From Dimorphilus gyrociliatus (Eukaryota; Animalia; Annelida), in assembly GCA_904063045.1 (NCBI GenBank), contig CAJFCJ010000003.1:558001-622000 (forward strand): DNA of 64,000 nucleotides, given 5' to 3'. The position numbers and the translations under genes were made by a program. A model generated the notes under the pieces. That model was not told where the DNA came from, made no database searches, and saw nothing but the letters and a program-made list of their open reading frames with translations. Shown here piece by piece: positions 50,771-64,000 of this stretch. The first letter of the stretch is position 1. Each line of letters begins with the position of its first letter.

Positions 50771-53229
50771 TGAATGGAAGAAAATCAATATGAAATGTTG
50801 TATTAAAATTTATTGATTATGATTAAAAAACAAAGAGAGTTTTATTCACTTTTTCTGTTTATTATGTGTCTATTAAACAGAGTATATAATATATAGATAT
50901 ATATATATATTAGTATTATATATATACAGTATATATATATATACACAATATAGAACTTTTTTATTCCTTTATTTAAACTTTCATGGCGTTTTTTTTTAAT
51001 AAAAAAAACCGTTTATTAAGTCAATTCTTTTAATTCTCTAGTGTCAAGGTTATCGGACTTCACTAAGGATTTAGGCTTGAGGAAAACCCCAACTTGTTTA
51101 TAGGCTTAAACTTATCAAATATATCCGCATGATAGAATTTGGTAGAAAAAAAAAACATAAAAAAAAGAAAAAAAAAGTCCTCTCTTCCTCTCTTGATGTC
51201 TACCCCTCCCTCCATCATTCTTCCACGGCTCTTGCAAGTTCTTTACGTCTTATTATATAGAATAATTTGACATGGAAGGAGAAAAATCTTTAACAGAGCG
51301 CAGGTTTCCACTCGACTTTTGATTGTTAATAAGAGTTCAATAATTTAAAGTAAAACATCGTTTCGATCTTCATAAGCTAGGCGTTTTTTATTTAATTATT
51401 AAAATATCGACAGGTATAATTTGCCTATTTGTTAAATAGATCTTTTATGCATAATCAAATCCTATGTTTAAGGTAAATTTTAGGGTGATAATATGCCTGT
51501 TGGGTATTAAATAAAGTACATATAATACGGTGTTACACTATACAATATACAAATGAATACATATATACAATAGGCTAGATATATAAATAGAAAAGTTTAT
51601 ATATAGATTTTGATATGATTCAATCTCTTCCATAAGTGCAATTCGTAAAATGAAAAGTTTTATCTTTAATAAAATATATAGATGTTATAGTTTACTTGAG
51701 CCTTTACTGAATACTCTTTAATAAATGAAATCTGCAATTACCAAGCGTTTCCTTTCAGAACAAATAGAGTTTAAATACTGCATTCAATAGGCCTATTTAC
51801 TATACTAAAAACAAGCTGAAATGGATAAAAAGAAAAGAAAACTGGGAAAAAACTGCAAGCAATACATTTAATTCTTTATGAATATTTTATGAAAAGCGGT
51901 GAAGAACAATCGGTTTCGTAAAAGAGCGTAAGATGAAAAGACGCCGGCGTACCTGGCCGATTCGATATGTTTACATTACGTGCCGACTTGCAATATTCGA
52001 TCGACTGCAATGAATTTTGCAGTTTGATTCTGACAGCAATATTTTTACGCACTGAAAATTCTTCCTTATTCGTCGAAAACTAGAGGCATTTTTATTGAAT
52101 ATTTTATTGCTGGGCTTTTGTTGTCGAGTGAGCGAGAGAATGATTAAGTTCTGGACAAAATTGTCCGAGATTTATTCCAAGGGCGTTTCTAAAAGGGGCA
52201 ATTTCACTGCAAATTTTCCACCCGTTTCCTCCTTTCATTTGTTTTTTTTATTGTTTGAAATTGAGTGCGTAAATAGTATAAGAAAAATGGCTAGGGGCGG
52301 ATTCTTTCTGCTCAACTTTGTTGTTCAAGTGTTTAAGCGTTTCCGTTTAGGGGCTATATTGATTACTGCCTTGTTCAAATATTATTCTTTCACAATTAAT
52401 AATAATATCGTTTTTAATCAAGTAGCGCCTAATCTTCAATAGAGAACAAAATAATAAAAAGAGAATAACAAATATGCAGTACATTCTACTGCAATTTTTT
52501 TTTTGCAATAAAATTACTTTAACCTCTCCTCTTTTTTTATTATAGACTTAATGTATATATATATATATATATATGTCTATATATGTATAAGTATACGTGT
52601 GTGTTTGTGTGCGGGAAAGGTGTTTTTCTTAATCTTGACATTTTTGTATTATCAAATTAGTAATTAAATAGAATTAAGAATAGAGGGAAAACTGTAAAAT
52701 GAATCTTTGATCTGTATATAGATTAGAGAATTAAGAAAGAATTCGGGATTAAGATACTCTAGACTGGTTTCTCGTTCGTTACTCCTTTTAGTTTTTTAAT
52801 TAACTAAATGGTTGATATCAGACAGAGCGATCTTTTACAAGTAATAGAATTTGAATAGATTTACATAATGGCAATCAGTAAAAATCTCTGAAGAATTCTA
52901 CGGCCGAGCTAACACATTAGACGCAATTAGACGATTTCGTCTTTTCATACAATTTAAGGGGCCATACACAATCATGAGCGTCACTAAATTATTAATAGTA
53001 GACGAATTCGTAAGTAAAAATAATGATAGGAGACTAGGAAAGAAGAAAAGAGAAAATATATAACCTAAAGAAGCATCTGTAAAAAATCCATTAGCACCTT
53101 AGAAAACAAATTGAAGAAGAGAAAAAGAAAGGCGAATAAGGATAGTTAAAAGTTTTTGGGTAGAAAAATAAGAATCTCTATCCCTAGATAATTGAGTTGC
53201 TCTGTCGAAAAAGTCAAAAGCTGGACCGA

Positions 53230-53350
53230 CGCGATAAAGGAAAGAAAGCACCTGCCTAAACGACTGTTACATAACCGATCTCAGCCAATTAGCGCCAAAC
53301 TCTCAGTGTTGACTGCGCCACCTACCGACCGTTAGAACCAACAGTCTGTT
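53230..53350 (+). promoter_or_regulatory. Probable protocadherin promoter and non-coding first exon
   Basis: Locally CpG-rich; CCAAT at 53285-53289; CTCF-like motif at 53314-53327; strong donor GTAAGT at 53351; acceptor CACAG at 54076, 46 nt before ATG 54123. Confidence 0.5.
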
Positions 53351-54122
53351 GTAAGTATCGTTGCCGTGTGGATTATTAAGAGTTGGTGAACTTAAACAAA
53401 AAAAAAGAGAGAAAAGAAAAAACGAAGCGAGAAAGCAAAGAGAAGTGAAGAGAATTAGTAATGGGAACTGTAGAAAGATGCATCTACCAAACAAACAAAG
53501 GTTTATTTTCATTTCTGTCGACAAACTAAAACATAATGTACGTTTGTTTTATATTTTTATTCTTTCGTTTATTTTCTCGTTGTACAAGAAAATTTCTTGA
53601 TATTTTTTATCTTTAAATAAAGTAAGGATATAAAAAAAAGTATAGCCTCTCTTGTACAAACTAATATAAAGACAACAACATGTATTAAGTATGTTTGTAA
53701 TACGAATTGTTAGTATTATTACTATTATAGATAGCGTACGATGGAGAGGCGTATTACAAATGTTCTTGTTATGTATAGGGAACCTATAATATATTAGAAT
53801 AATTCTATTATAAAAGCATTTAATTAAAATTGATCTATTATTGATTTATATCGATGTTTTTTAAAAAAAAAGTGCAGGAAAAGAAGAAAAAATTATATTT
53901 AAAGTCATTAAAGTAAAAAAAAAAAGAGCTATATTGAAATATACAAATAGAATATATATACAAGTTTCTTTATAGGGGAAAATAGACAACAAATGCAATT
54001 TTGATCTGTTTCCCTAATTGTCTATCATTTTTTCATGTGTTAAATATATTCGTTAAATATCTTCAAAATGTCACAGACGCCACTTGACCGCTTCGGCCTT
54101 CTTCTAAATCACATGATCGATT

Positions 54123-57100
54123 ATGCTCGCGTTAGTTTGTCTACTCCTTACTACTACTGTTTTGGGTGAGAAGATCATCGATTTTGAAATATATGATGCT
54201 ACCCCGGCTAACTTTAGTGTCGGTCCTCTTTTGAGTTCCGGTGTTAGGGAAAAGAAAATTATCCTACTCAAAACTCATGCTGGTGCCGAAAAGAATTTCA
54301 CTATTACTCCTTCCGGTATTCTCAAGACCAAAACTACTATTGATAGAGAAGCTATTTGTCCAAATAAAGCGGAATGCAATATGACTTTGGAGGCTGGGAT
54401 TTTACCTGCTGAAAACTTCCAATCCTTGACAATTAATTTAAAAATTAGGGATGTTAATGACAATACACCACGATTTCCTTTTGGGAGAATAAAAGTAAAG
54501 TTTTCCGAAGCCGCTGAACCAGGGGATTACGTGACTATTCCGCCCGCTTCTGATCCAGATTCTCCTAGGTGAATATAACTTCTCTCTCTCTCTCTCTCTG
54601 TGTCTCTCTCTCTCTCCGACCGCTTCATATCCTCTCTCACACTCATATTCTCTTATTCTCTCTCTATATCTCTCTCCCTCTCTCTCTGTCTCTCTCTCAC
54701 TCACTCTATCTGTCTCATCTCTCTCTCTCTCCCTCTCTCGATTTCAGTCACTCGCTAACTCGCTAACTCACTTACTCATTCTCTCATCTGCACGCTCCCT
54801 CTCTCCCTCTCTCCCTCACTTGCTCTTCCTATTTTCTTTTCCATATTTCTCAATCTATAATCTATTGTTGTCAGATAAGCAAAAATCGTAATCTATCTTC
54901 CATCATTCACAATTCAGCGTAGCTCTTCTCTTAGCAATTTAAAAAAAAAAAAAAACACAGACATGATATTTTATTGACAAAGAAAGTAGTTTTTTCTATT
55001 GTTTAGACGCCATTTTTTATTGATGAACGTTCTATAGTAATTATCAGAAATTTTTCGATTGGTCGACCTTGTAGGTTGTTTTTCAACCATAGCAAAACTA
55101 GTCATTTATTTAAGTATAGAATAGGATCGAGCAATTAATTCGAAAACGTTTTCTATAGGTGACCACGTGTAGCCTAAAGGCTCAATGTCACTTTTTTGAA
55201 TGGAATCTTATTCAAGAATTGAAGAGTTTGATTTAAAGATAGGAAGGTAGAAAATTTTAGGCGTCATTTTCTAAAAGTGCCTCGTTAAATATCTATTTTT
55301 ACGTTTAAAAAGTGCAATAAGCAGACTGGTTGGGATGTGAAAAAAGGCGTCTAATATAGTATAGGGTTATCTCTAAACAAATTGCCTACCGCAAGCCAAT
55401 ATACACATAAAATCCACTTTTTTTAAATATAGATATATAAATAAACGAATATACTGTATTTATATACGAATTTATATATGTATTATCCCTTTTAGGTATT
55501 CCGTTCAACGTTATGTTCTCCGAAACGCAGTGGACAGATTCAATAATAAAATATTTATTCATAAACTTATCAAGAACAAAAACGTTGGCTTGGAAAATTT
55601 AAGGATTATATTGAATTCACGACTTGACAGAGAGCTAATAGAATCTTATACTCTACAAATTTTGGCCATAGATGGTGGAGATTCTAGGAGAACGGGAACA
55701 CTTAAAGTTAGCGTTATTGTTGAGGATGCAAATGATCACGAACCAGTCTTTAAACAATCTGTCTATAAGGCAACAGTTCTTGAAAATATTACCAAGAATA
55801 CTCCTATCGTTCAAGTTTCAGCAAGCGATAAGGATTCAGGTGATAACGGAAAAGTATCTTATTCGTGGAATTCCAGAACCGAACAAAATTACGCAAATAC
55901 CTTTCGAATAGACTCAAAAAATGGAACAATTTTTCCAATTGTTCCATTAGATTTTGAAGATGTTCAGGAATATGAATTGTATGTTCTTGGCACTGACAGC
56001 GGCAGTAGTCCACGTTTCTCTCAAACCAAAGTTATTATAAATCTGGAGGACGTCAACGACAACGTACCCGATGTTCAAATAATAACATTGCACGACGACA
56101 GAGGATACGCAAGCGTAGAAGAGAATTCCAAAATTGGTTCATTTGTTGCTCATGTATCTATAACTGATCAGGATTTTGGTGATAATGGTCGAGTTAAATG
56201 TGTTATAGATGATAATGTTCCATTCGCAATGGAAAGTGGTCTAGAGAAGCAATATCAAATTGTTACGACTAAACAGTTAAATAGAGAAAAACAGAGTCAA
56301 TACTTAATAACTTTAAAGTGCAAAGATTTCGGTAAAATACCAAACGTTGCTGATAGATTAATAGACGTTAGAGTATTGGATCTCAATGATAATTCTCCAG
56401 CATTTCAAGAAATTAAAGATCACAGAGGAAAAATATTAAAAAAAGGTAAGAAAAGAAATATCTCTATTCTTTCCTTTCACCTTTGTCCGATAGGATAGTA
56501 TAAAAGAAGTACAGTGCAATAAATAGTATATATTATATATATCTAGGTATTCGATTACATAATATACAACACTATTGCATCACTTTTGGGTCCCAACTGT
56601 GTAAAGGTAGAATATTGTATAAAACTCAAAATATATACAGTTTCTTATGATAATATTAGTTGAAACAACAAACAATATGCTATAATAATAAAAATAATAA
56701 TAACTCAGACTAAGTAGTCTTGTCAAAATCTGTCTTAATTCCCTTTCGTGGCGTGGATGAATATGAAAGGAGGGGAGGATATAAGAGGAAAAAGGAGAGG
56801 GATGGGGGGAGAATCTTATTTAGGTAAATAAATTACAGTTGCCTTCGATCTAGTTTATATCCAAGTTTCATTCATTGTTTTCTTTCCCTTTCTTCTTTTT
56901 CCCTTGATATTTTCTCGTATTTTTAAGATGAAAGTAGTATCTTTTACTTATTATTCATAAAGTTATTAAATATAGAGAATTATCAACTAATTTCTATCTT
57001 TCATAGATCAGTTACAAGTTGCGGAAAATGCCAGTATTGGTCACGTGATTGCAAGAATAAGAGCTACCGATCCTGACGAAGGTAGGAACGGAAGCGTAAT

Positions 57101-58887
57101 TTATACGCTAAAACAAATTGACCGAGTAAGCGAACGGCTGTTGGAAATTGATCGTCGAAGCGGAATTATTCGTGTATCCAAGAATTTGGATAGAGAAAAA
57201 TACGGAAGAATTCGAATTAGAGTAAAGGCATCGGACGAAGGCTTAGTTAGTAAGCATACGTCGATAAAGTTGACGGTAAAGATACTAGACGTCGACGATA
57301 ATCTTCCAAAATTTGGCCAAGAAAGCTACGAAAAAAGCGTCTACGAAAACAGACCAATTGGTACATTTGTAGTTCTGGTTAGCGCTAATGATGATGATGT
57401 GAAAGATAAAGAGGTTCAGTTACGTTTCTCACGGCCCCAGGATTATCAGATTTTTGATATGGACGAGAGTGGAAGGATTACTACTAAACAAATATTCGAC
57501 AGGCAAGGGCCTATCTAATACCGTGTCTTGAGGGGATATTCTCAAATTTTACCTTCACCCTATAGTCAATAACCATTGCCACCTTTTTCCCTTTAACATT
57601 ACAATTTATTATTATTAGTACAAGAGTAAAAAGCATAACAAAGAGAGCAAGATACAGAAAAGAAACGATAGAGTGTATCTAAAGATCATATTTTTCCTTT
57701 AAAGATTATAGTTGATAATTGAGTACTTAGAGTTTAACAGACGAAAGTTTTGCCATCTTTTAACAATTCAGTACTCTCTATTCATTAACTATCTTTTTTC
57801 TGAAAGAGATTTATATAACGAGTGAATCAAAGATCACTTAACAAATCATCAATCATTTACTTATCATTCTACGCTTTGAATCGAGTGAAGCACACCTGCA
57901 CCAAATTGGATATCGAGTGCTATAAGAGTTAATTAGTAGTATTATTATGTAAAATTAATAATGTAAAGAAGAGGTCTTTTATTTTCAAGTACTATCCTAG
58001 ATAGAAACTTTGAGCAAATCTTTTCTAGTCCTTTTCTTTAAAGATCTTTGTATTAAAACCTCACCCCTACCATTGTTTGTGATTGTGTATATGTCTCTCT
58101 CTCGCTCTCTTTTCCCTCGGACAGAAAATTAAATAGGCCATTTGCCAATAGAGAAAAACGGGATTCTTATACATTAGTCGTAATAGCTACTAGTGGACCT
58201 AGCCACCGCAAAGTTCAGCAATCGGCCAGGGTTACTGTCGATATTGCCGACGAGAATGATAATAAACCTGTGTGTAATATGCCGATGCCTGCGAGGGACG
58301 GAACTGTATTTATCGCCAGAAGTTCGGGTATCGGAACAGAAGTTACCAAGTTACATTGCGAAGATGAGGATATTGGAGAAAATGCTGATTTAACTTATAT
58401 TTTATTATCAGGGGAAACGGACTTGTTCCGGTTGGACCCAAAGAACGGCCTAATTACCGTAACTGGCGATTTAAGGGAGGCGTCTTCGGAATACGTATTA
58501 GATATTAAAGTTACAGATAATGGGGAACCAAAAAACTTTACCAACGTACATTTGAAGATAAAGATCAATGATACGCAAATTGGTCAAGTAGATTCGACGC
58601 CCTTCTTCTCAAATATAACGCTCAAAGTTGTAATTGGAGTGACTTGCTTGGTTATATTGCTTGTCATCCTTCTAGTCGTAGTCATTCTCTTAAGACGGCG
58701 AAGACCGAATGATCCTATTGAAAAAGAGACACCCATCAAACCGGAAACGGAGCGGATGCTTTTTGACAAGCCTTCTAACGGCTTGACTAACACGAAGCAG
58801 ATGAACTTTAGCGCCGAATTGGTGCATGATCATTGTATGCAACCGAATAGTACAGCAATCGACGGTAGAGGTTGTTATGGAGACGAG
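54123..58887 (+). CDS. Protocadherin, delta-like, 7 cadherin repeats + TM; 3' end unresolved
   Basis: Exons 54123-54568, 55496-56445, 57007-57502, 58152-58887 (876 aa; phases consistent; third intron is GC-AG). Signal peptide; EC1 with DREAIC-X5-C; DxNDN/LDRE motifs; TM VVIGVTCLVILLVILLVVVILL; ends at a phase-0 GTGAGT donor. Confidence 0.9.
54580..54830. repeat. CT-rich microsatellite in the protocadherin intron
   Basis: Direct inspection. Confidence 0.85.
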
Positions 58888-61800
58888 GTGAGTTTTTAAT
58901 TTATATTTTTTCCCCTTAACCTCTTAGGATGGTCGGTTCATTCATTTTAAATAAACAAAACAAAGCAAAAAGTAAAAACAAGAAAAGGAAAGAAAAGAGA
59001 GAAAGAACTCCGCAAAACAAATATTTTATAGTTAAAGAAAAGATCATAAGATAGAGAGAAAAAAAGAGGATAAGTAAAAGAGAGAAAACGTTTTTGGTAG
59101 TTTTAATGAGACTTTTTTCTTCTTTTTTTTCCTTTTCTTTTAGTAATGCATTGCTAAGGATTCAAGTTTGAATGAGTATATTGAAGTTTTTTTCATGCAA
59201 TTACCCACAAAGCGTACGTTTGCTAGCTACAAAAAAACTGTACCATGCTACTATTCTCTCTCTCTTTTTTTTATTATTTATTTTGTTCGTACACTGTGAA
59301 GGGAAAGAGGAGCGGGAGAGGGTGGGGAAGGGAGGGGGGAGGGGAAGGGCGGGAATTATTAAATATAATGCATTATATAGAGGTGGGGACGAAAAGAGAA
59401 AAAAAACCTAATACAAACAAGCCTATAGCATCCAATTAATCATCTAGACTTTTTCCAAATATTCAAAGCCGACTATCTGGGGAACAATACGTCTCTTCTA
59501 CCAATTTTCGGTGGGTGGAACTGTTTTAATTTGCTTTAAAAAAATGCCTAATTCATCAAATTGACCAACTGCCAGCCTCTCTTTGAAAGGAACGTTTCTC
59601 TCGTTTTTTTTCCTTTTTCCATAAGTTGACAAATGTCCGAACTTAATATCGGGCATTTAGAATCGACGCTTTTACTTTTCCTTCAATGTTAACTTTTTTT
59701 CAGACGTGTATGCGTGTTAAGGAGACGTCTCTGTAAAAGTGATATTAAGGTAAAAATATAATCGCCAAAAATTTAGATCTCGGGTGGAAATAGAAAGAGC
59801 GCTGTATTAGCGGAAGCGTTTTGTCCTTAGCGGAGACGCTTTTAGACGGTCCGAACACATTGCATGAGCAGCACCGTTGTCCTATCAATCAACGTCTAGG
59901 CTTCTTTCCTACGCAAAGGCTAAAAGGTTCTGTCACGGTGCAACTGTCTAGGGGCGTTTCCATTCTCCGAGGGGTACGGTAGAGGTGTATACGGGTCATT
60001 GAAAAATTAGAAAGAGGTCTATATTCCTAAATTTTATTTCACTGATTCAATTTAGCCAAAAAGAGACGTTTTCGTTTATTGAGAGAAATGTTTATGGCTC
60101 GATGACTAAAGAAATTATCTTTAAACACTTTTACGCTCAAGTTCAAAGTCAAAAAAATATATAGGGAATAGAAGAGAAGATATATAGGAAAGAAGAAAAT
60201 AAAAGAATAAAAAAAGAGAGAGCATATTCTACGATCAGTTATTATAGGCTTAGAGTTACCTAAATGTTAAAAGAAAGGCCAAAGGATAAAAAATAAATTA
60301 CTTTGTTTTATAGTAAACAAAATTTTGTTTACGTAAGCTTACTATTGAAGTAAACGACCCTCATTTAAACAGACGTCTAACAAGTACCATTGAGTAGATT
60401 AGAAATTTATTTGGGAAGGGTCTTACATTAGTAGTGAATTGGGGAAAATAATATTAGTAGAAGGTAAGAAATCCCAATGGTTCTATTTGTGAGAAAGACA
60501 AATCATTGAGGGGTGGAAGAAAATTTTCTCCCCCTTTATAGCCAATACCCGAAAGATGCTCAATAGTTGCCATTAGGCATCACCGAAGAAAATTTTCGCC
60601 TGGTTTCCCGTTTCGCAATCGAATTTACAAGTAGAAAATCAAAATGGAACTTAACACTAATTTAAAACTAGTAGTTGGTCTGTGAGAAGACTTACGTATT
60701 ATATACCATCAATTTTGGTGCCAACATCCTAGTATGGCTGGATGAGAAGCATTTGGATCAGGACATAATCCATTATTGGTTAATTCTTGGGTCAATCCTG
60801 GCTTAGATATGCACATATTAAAAGATGAAAAAAAGGGGTACAGAGAGGAGGAGATTCCATTATATTTATTCAAATAACTTAAGAGAAAAAGTTCAAGTAT
60901 AAACAGAACAAAATAACAAGCTGTGTCAACACCAAACCCTCGACCGAGAGGTTAAATCTCAAGCGTCACCTCTATTGCGTAGAGGTCAAAGTTGAAGGTA
61001 TTAGAAGGAGAGTTCCCGAGATTTTAATTTTCATTTGACAAGCTAGTTGTATCCGCAAGGAATTCGATTCATAGAAATGAATTAAAACACTAGAGGCGTC
61101 TATTTTTGCCTAGCGTCTCTTGCAGTAGATTTTATTACTTTACGGTTGGCTTGACTTGAAAAGAACAGTTACACGAAGATATCTAGTCTAAGTAGACGAT
61201 TATTGGAAAAAACAATTTTCCTCTGTAAAAAATCGAAAAAAAAAGAGAAAAAGAGTTGAAACTATTCAGGTTGTTCATTTACTATAAAACCTATATATAT
61301 TGTATATTTATATACAAGTTTCCGTTCTCCTATTCCTTTTCTACAACTGTTTTGTATGTAGAAAATATTGGAAAATATAAAGACTAATCGATAATGAACG
61401 AATACACTTCGATAACTAATCGATAATCGCCAATTACCAGATGAGACGAGACGAGTGCTTTGAAGTAGCGACAAACTCCCAGAAATAGTACTTTTCGATA
61501 AGTTCTAATCGCCGTTTATTTTGGATTAGTTCGACTTTACACATTTCCCCCTCCTTCTTCTCCTATTAGCTTTTCAATATTTAAACCTTTTTCTCCTCCC
61601 ACCTACCTCCCCCCCACCCATTTTGTCCTTCTCTTCTCCAATTTTCTTTCTTTTAATGTAAATTATTTTGTCCTTAACCATTGTTGTTAGGGAATACACT
61701 ATCTTGTCACCAGAGCTGAGACCTAAAGTGGTTTTGAATTGTTTGCATAGTAATTTGTCTCTGTTAGAAAGATGAGAGAAGAAGATAGACAGAGGGGAAA

Positions 61801-64000
61801 AAAATATTGTCAAATACAATTAGTTTTTTTCCCTTATGCGTGCTCGTCGAGAAGTCGTAAAGATGTAATAAAGTACTACTTGACCCATTAATTTTCAATA
61901 CCGCTGGAGTCAGTTCCTTGTCACGTGATTAGTGGAAAATTTACGACAGTCATCCAACAATAATTTGAAGTTAATGCGTTTTGTGGTTCGAAAACAGTTT
62001 ACTAATAAGTAATAAGACACCGTTTGGACCGCAATTTTTCATTATCTAATTGTATTTTATAAAGTTTGCAGAGTTTTCCCAAAACGACAAAGACACGACA
62101 AGCGTTTGTCCATTTCTGTCTTAAGCCTTTATTCATTTTCTTACTCTTTTCGAAAGATTAATATTACTAGCCATCTGTGCTTTCTATTTCGAAAAGAGGG
62201 TAGTCTTAAAAACAGGCCTTTTTTTATTTGCTCTTTTTTAAAGTAAACGAAATATTTTTAGTAAAAAAGGCTAACAAAGGGAACGTGTTTTTCCGTATGA
62301 ACGAAAGAGAGAATGACTAAGTCTTATTTACATAATTAATTAAAGGAAAAAAGGAGAAAGGAGAGAAAGAGAAAGAGAGAGAGAGGTGTGGCGAGGGAAG
62401 TAGAATGTGAATAAGGAGAGGGTAAAGGAAAAGAGATACGAAAGTAAGATAGGGATAAGGAAAATAGTTAAAGAATTTGTCTAATAAGACGCTAAATGAA
62501 CTCTATGTACACTATATATATATATATACAGTATATATAAATTAGAGAAAACCTTTTGCATAATTAAGAAGATACAAATGTATTAAATTACCTATAAGAA
62601 AAAATAGTAAGATTGATTTTTTTCGACCAAAACACTTTTCGTGTTTGATAAGGATAATTATACTCGTTACTTGGATACTGAAAATAATTTTATATATATA
62701 TGAGTCTTCCTCTCTTTAGTGTCTATCTCGAAGGATTCTTGAAATCATTTAGAGAGAGAGATTGAGTGAGGGAGGAAGGGAAGAGAGGTGTAATGAAGTT
62801 ATATACAATATATATACTGTATATACTAATATATAAGTACTGCAGAGCTTAATTATAACAATAATACAGAGAGAATTAATGTAATATAATGGATATTTTA
62901 AGTAAAAACAAAGCAGAATATCATCTCTTCATTTACATTTTTTCAATAAATATATCAATTATGAGTATATAGATGTATATCCCTTTGATCATTGATTTAT
63001 ACATATTGTATTTCTATAAACTCCAATCTGATTCTATTAAATAAATGTCAATTGGAGGATTTTCTATGATTAATTCATCACTCGAATACCGAAAAGTTTC
63101 TTCTCTCATCTTTACCTTTCCTATTACTTAACTCCCCATTCTCTTTATAAAGGTATTTTCATCTTTTAGCCTACGTTTCTTTTTTTTTCTTTATCCTTCA
63201 TTTTTTTTATCAAAGTGCATAGTACGTTGCCTTAAAACTAAACTTTATACTCCTCTCCTCTCTCAAACGGCGCGTGTTCTGATTCATACAAGCAGAGATA
63301 TCTTTATAATATATACATATATATATACGTGCACCGATGCTGGAGACATGGCTAGCTTTTGGCAGGTGTTTATCACTACTCTTTATAAATTTAATATGGT
63401 ATTAGTAAAAGATAGACAAGAATGAATGAACTATCGCTCCTATCGTGAAAGATGACGATTATAAGAGGCGAAAGCTATTAGCATAAAGAAAAAAAAGGAA
63501 AGACAGTGTCTACGCCGTTTCGTGATGCAATCTGGAAAAGAAAATATTTGTTGACGTGTTCGATGATAGAAGCTGACGCAGATAATGACGGATTATCTTA
63601 TGCTATACTATTAGATATTAACTCATATCTTACGGAAGTATGTTGAAAGTAGTCGATAGTAGGTTGTAAAGGGGAGTCCATTAATTATAAAAAATGACAA
63701 ATTATACTTTTTTGACCACTCTTTTATAAAATTATCTTCTATTAGGCCTACATGGTCCAACGTTTCCTCCCTAATAAGGAATAACTGCATAATAGGATAA
63801 AGACGTTGGTAGATTTTTTTCCCTTCCCTCCTTTCTATTTCATCTAAAAAAGTTGCCTTAAAATAATTATCTATTTAGGTGGAATTGTGGCAAACTAGGT
63901 AAATTACGTAATAAGGAGAGGTAATACTATCTTGAGTGTACGGTGCCCTATATCATAATAGCTTTTTAATCCAAGAGCTTTTAACGCTTTTTTCATATAT

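Noticed and set aside
54113-54136. Out-of-frame uORF overlapping the protocadherin start
   Set aside because: An 8-codon uORF is common by chance; no further support.

Overview
AT-rich (about 30% GC by eye) eukaryotic genomic DNA from an animal with very short GT-AG introns (mostly 52-100 bp). The supplied ORF track ignores splicing and counts TTG/GTG as starts, so all gene models were rebuilt by hand and checked for splice phase. Bases 1-34 kb are gene-dense, with genes in mostly alternating orientation: 3' part of GSK3 (+), an unnamed 546-aa coiled-coil protein (+), CFAP299 (-), a TspanC8 tetraspanin (+), class I eIF4E (-), Unkempt (+), a 92-aa single-pass PY-motif protein (-), histone H3.3 (+), an intronless LRR protein (+), CFAP141 (-), CDC34/UBE2R (+) and CHD1/2 (-). 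About 19 kb (34.6-53.2 kb) has no recognisable coding sequence. It precedes a 7-cadherin-repeat, delta-like protocadherin (+) whose 3' end is unresolved. A protocadherin argues against an arthropod or nematode; a compact-genome lophotrochozoan is my guess only. I found no prokaryotic systems, CRISPR arrays, rRNA, convincing tRNA or transposase. Nothing here is demonstrably a whole new system. The strongest leads are: a tandem-duplicated, probably mutually exclusive 117-nt exon pair that swaps the end of the tetraspanin large extracellular loop and TM4; an X-box-led orphan coiled-coil gene that may be ciliary; an apparently RING-less Unkempt; a small PY-motif membrane protein; and two over-represented short motifs (TAGGCCTA and TATACAGTATA), the second resembling Tc1/mariner excision footprints.
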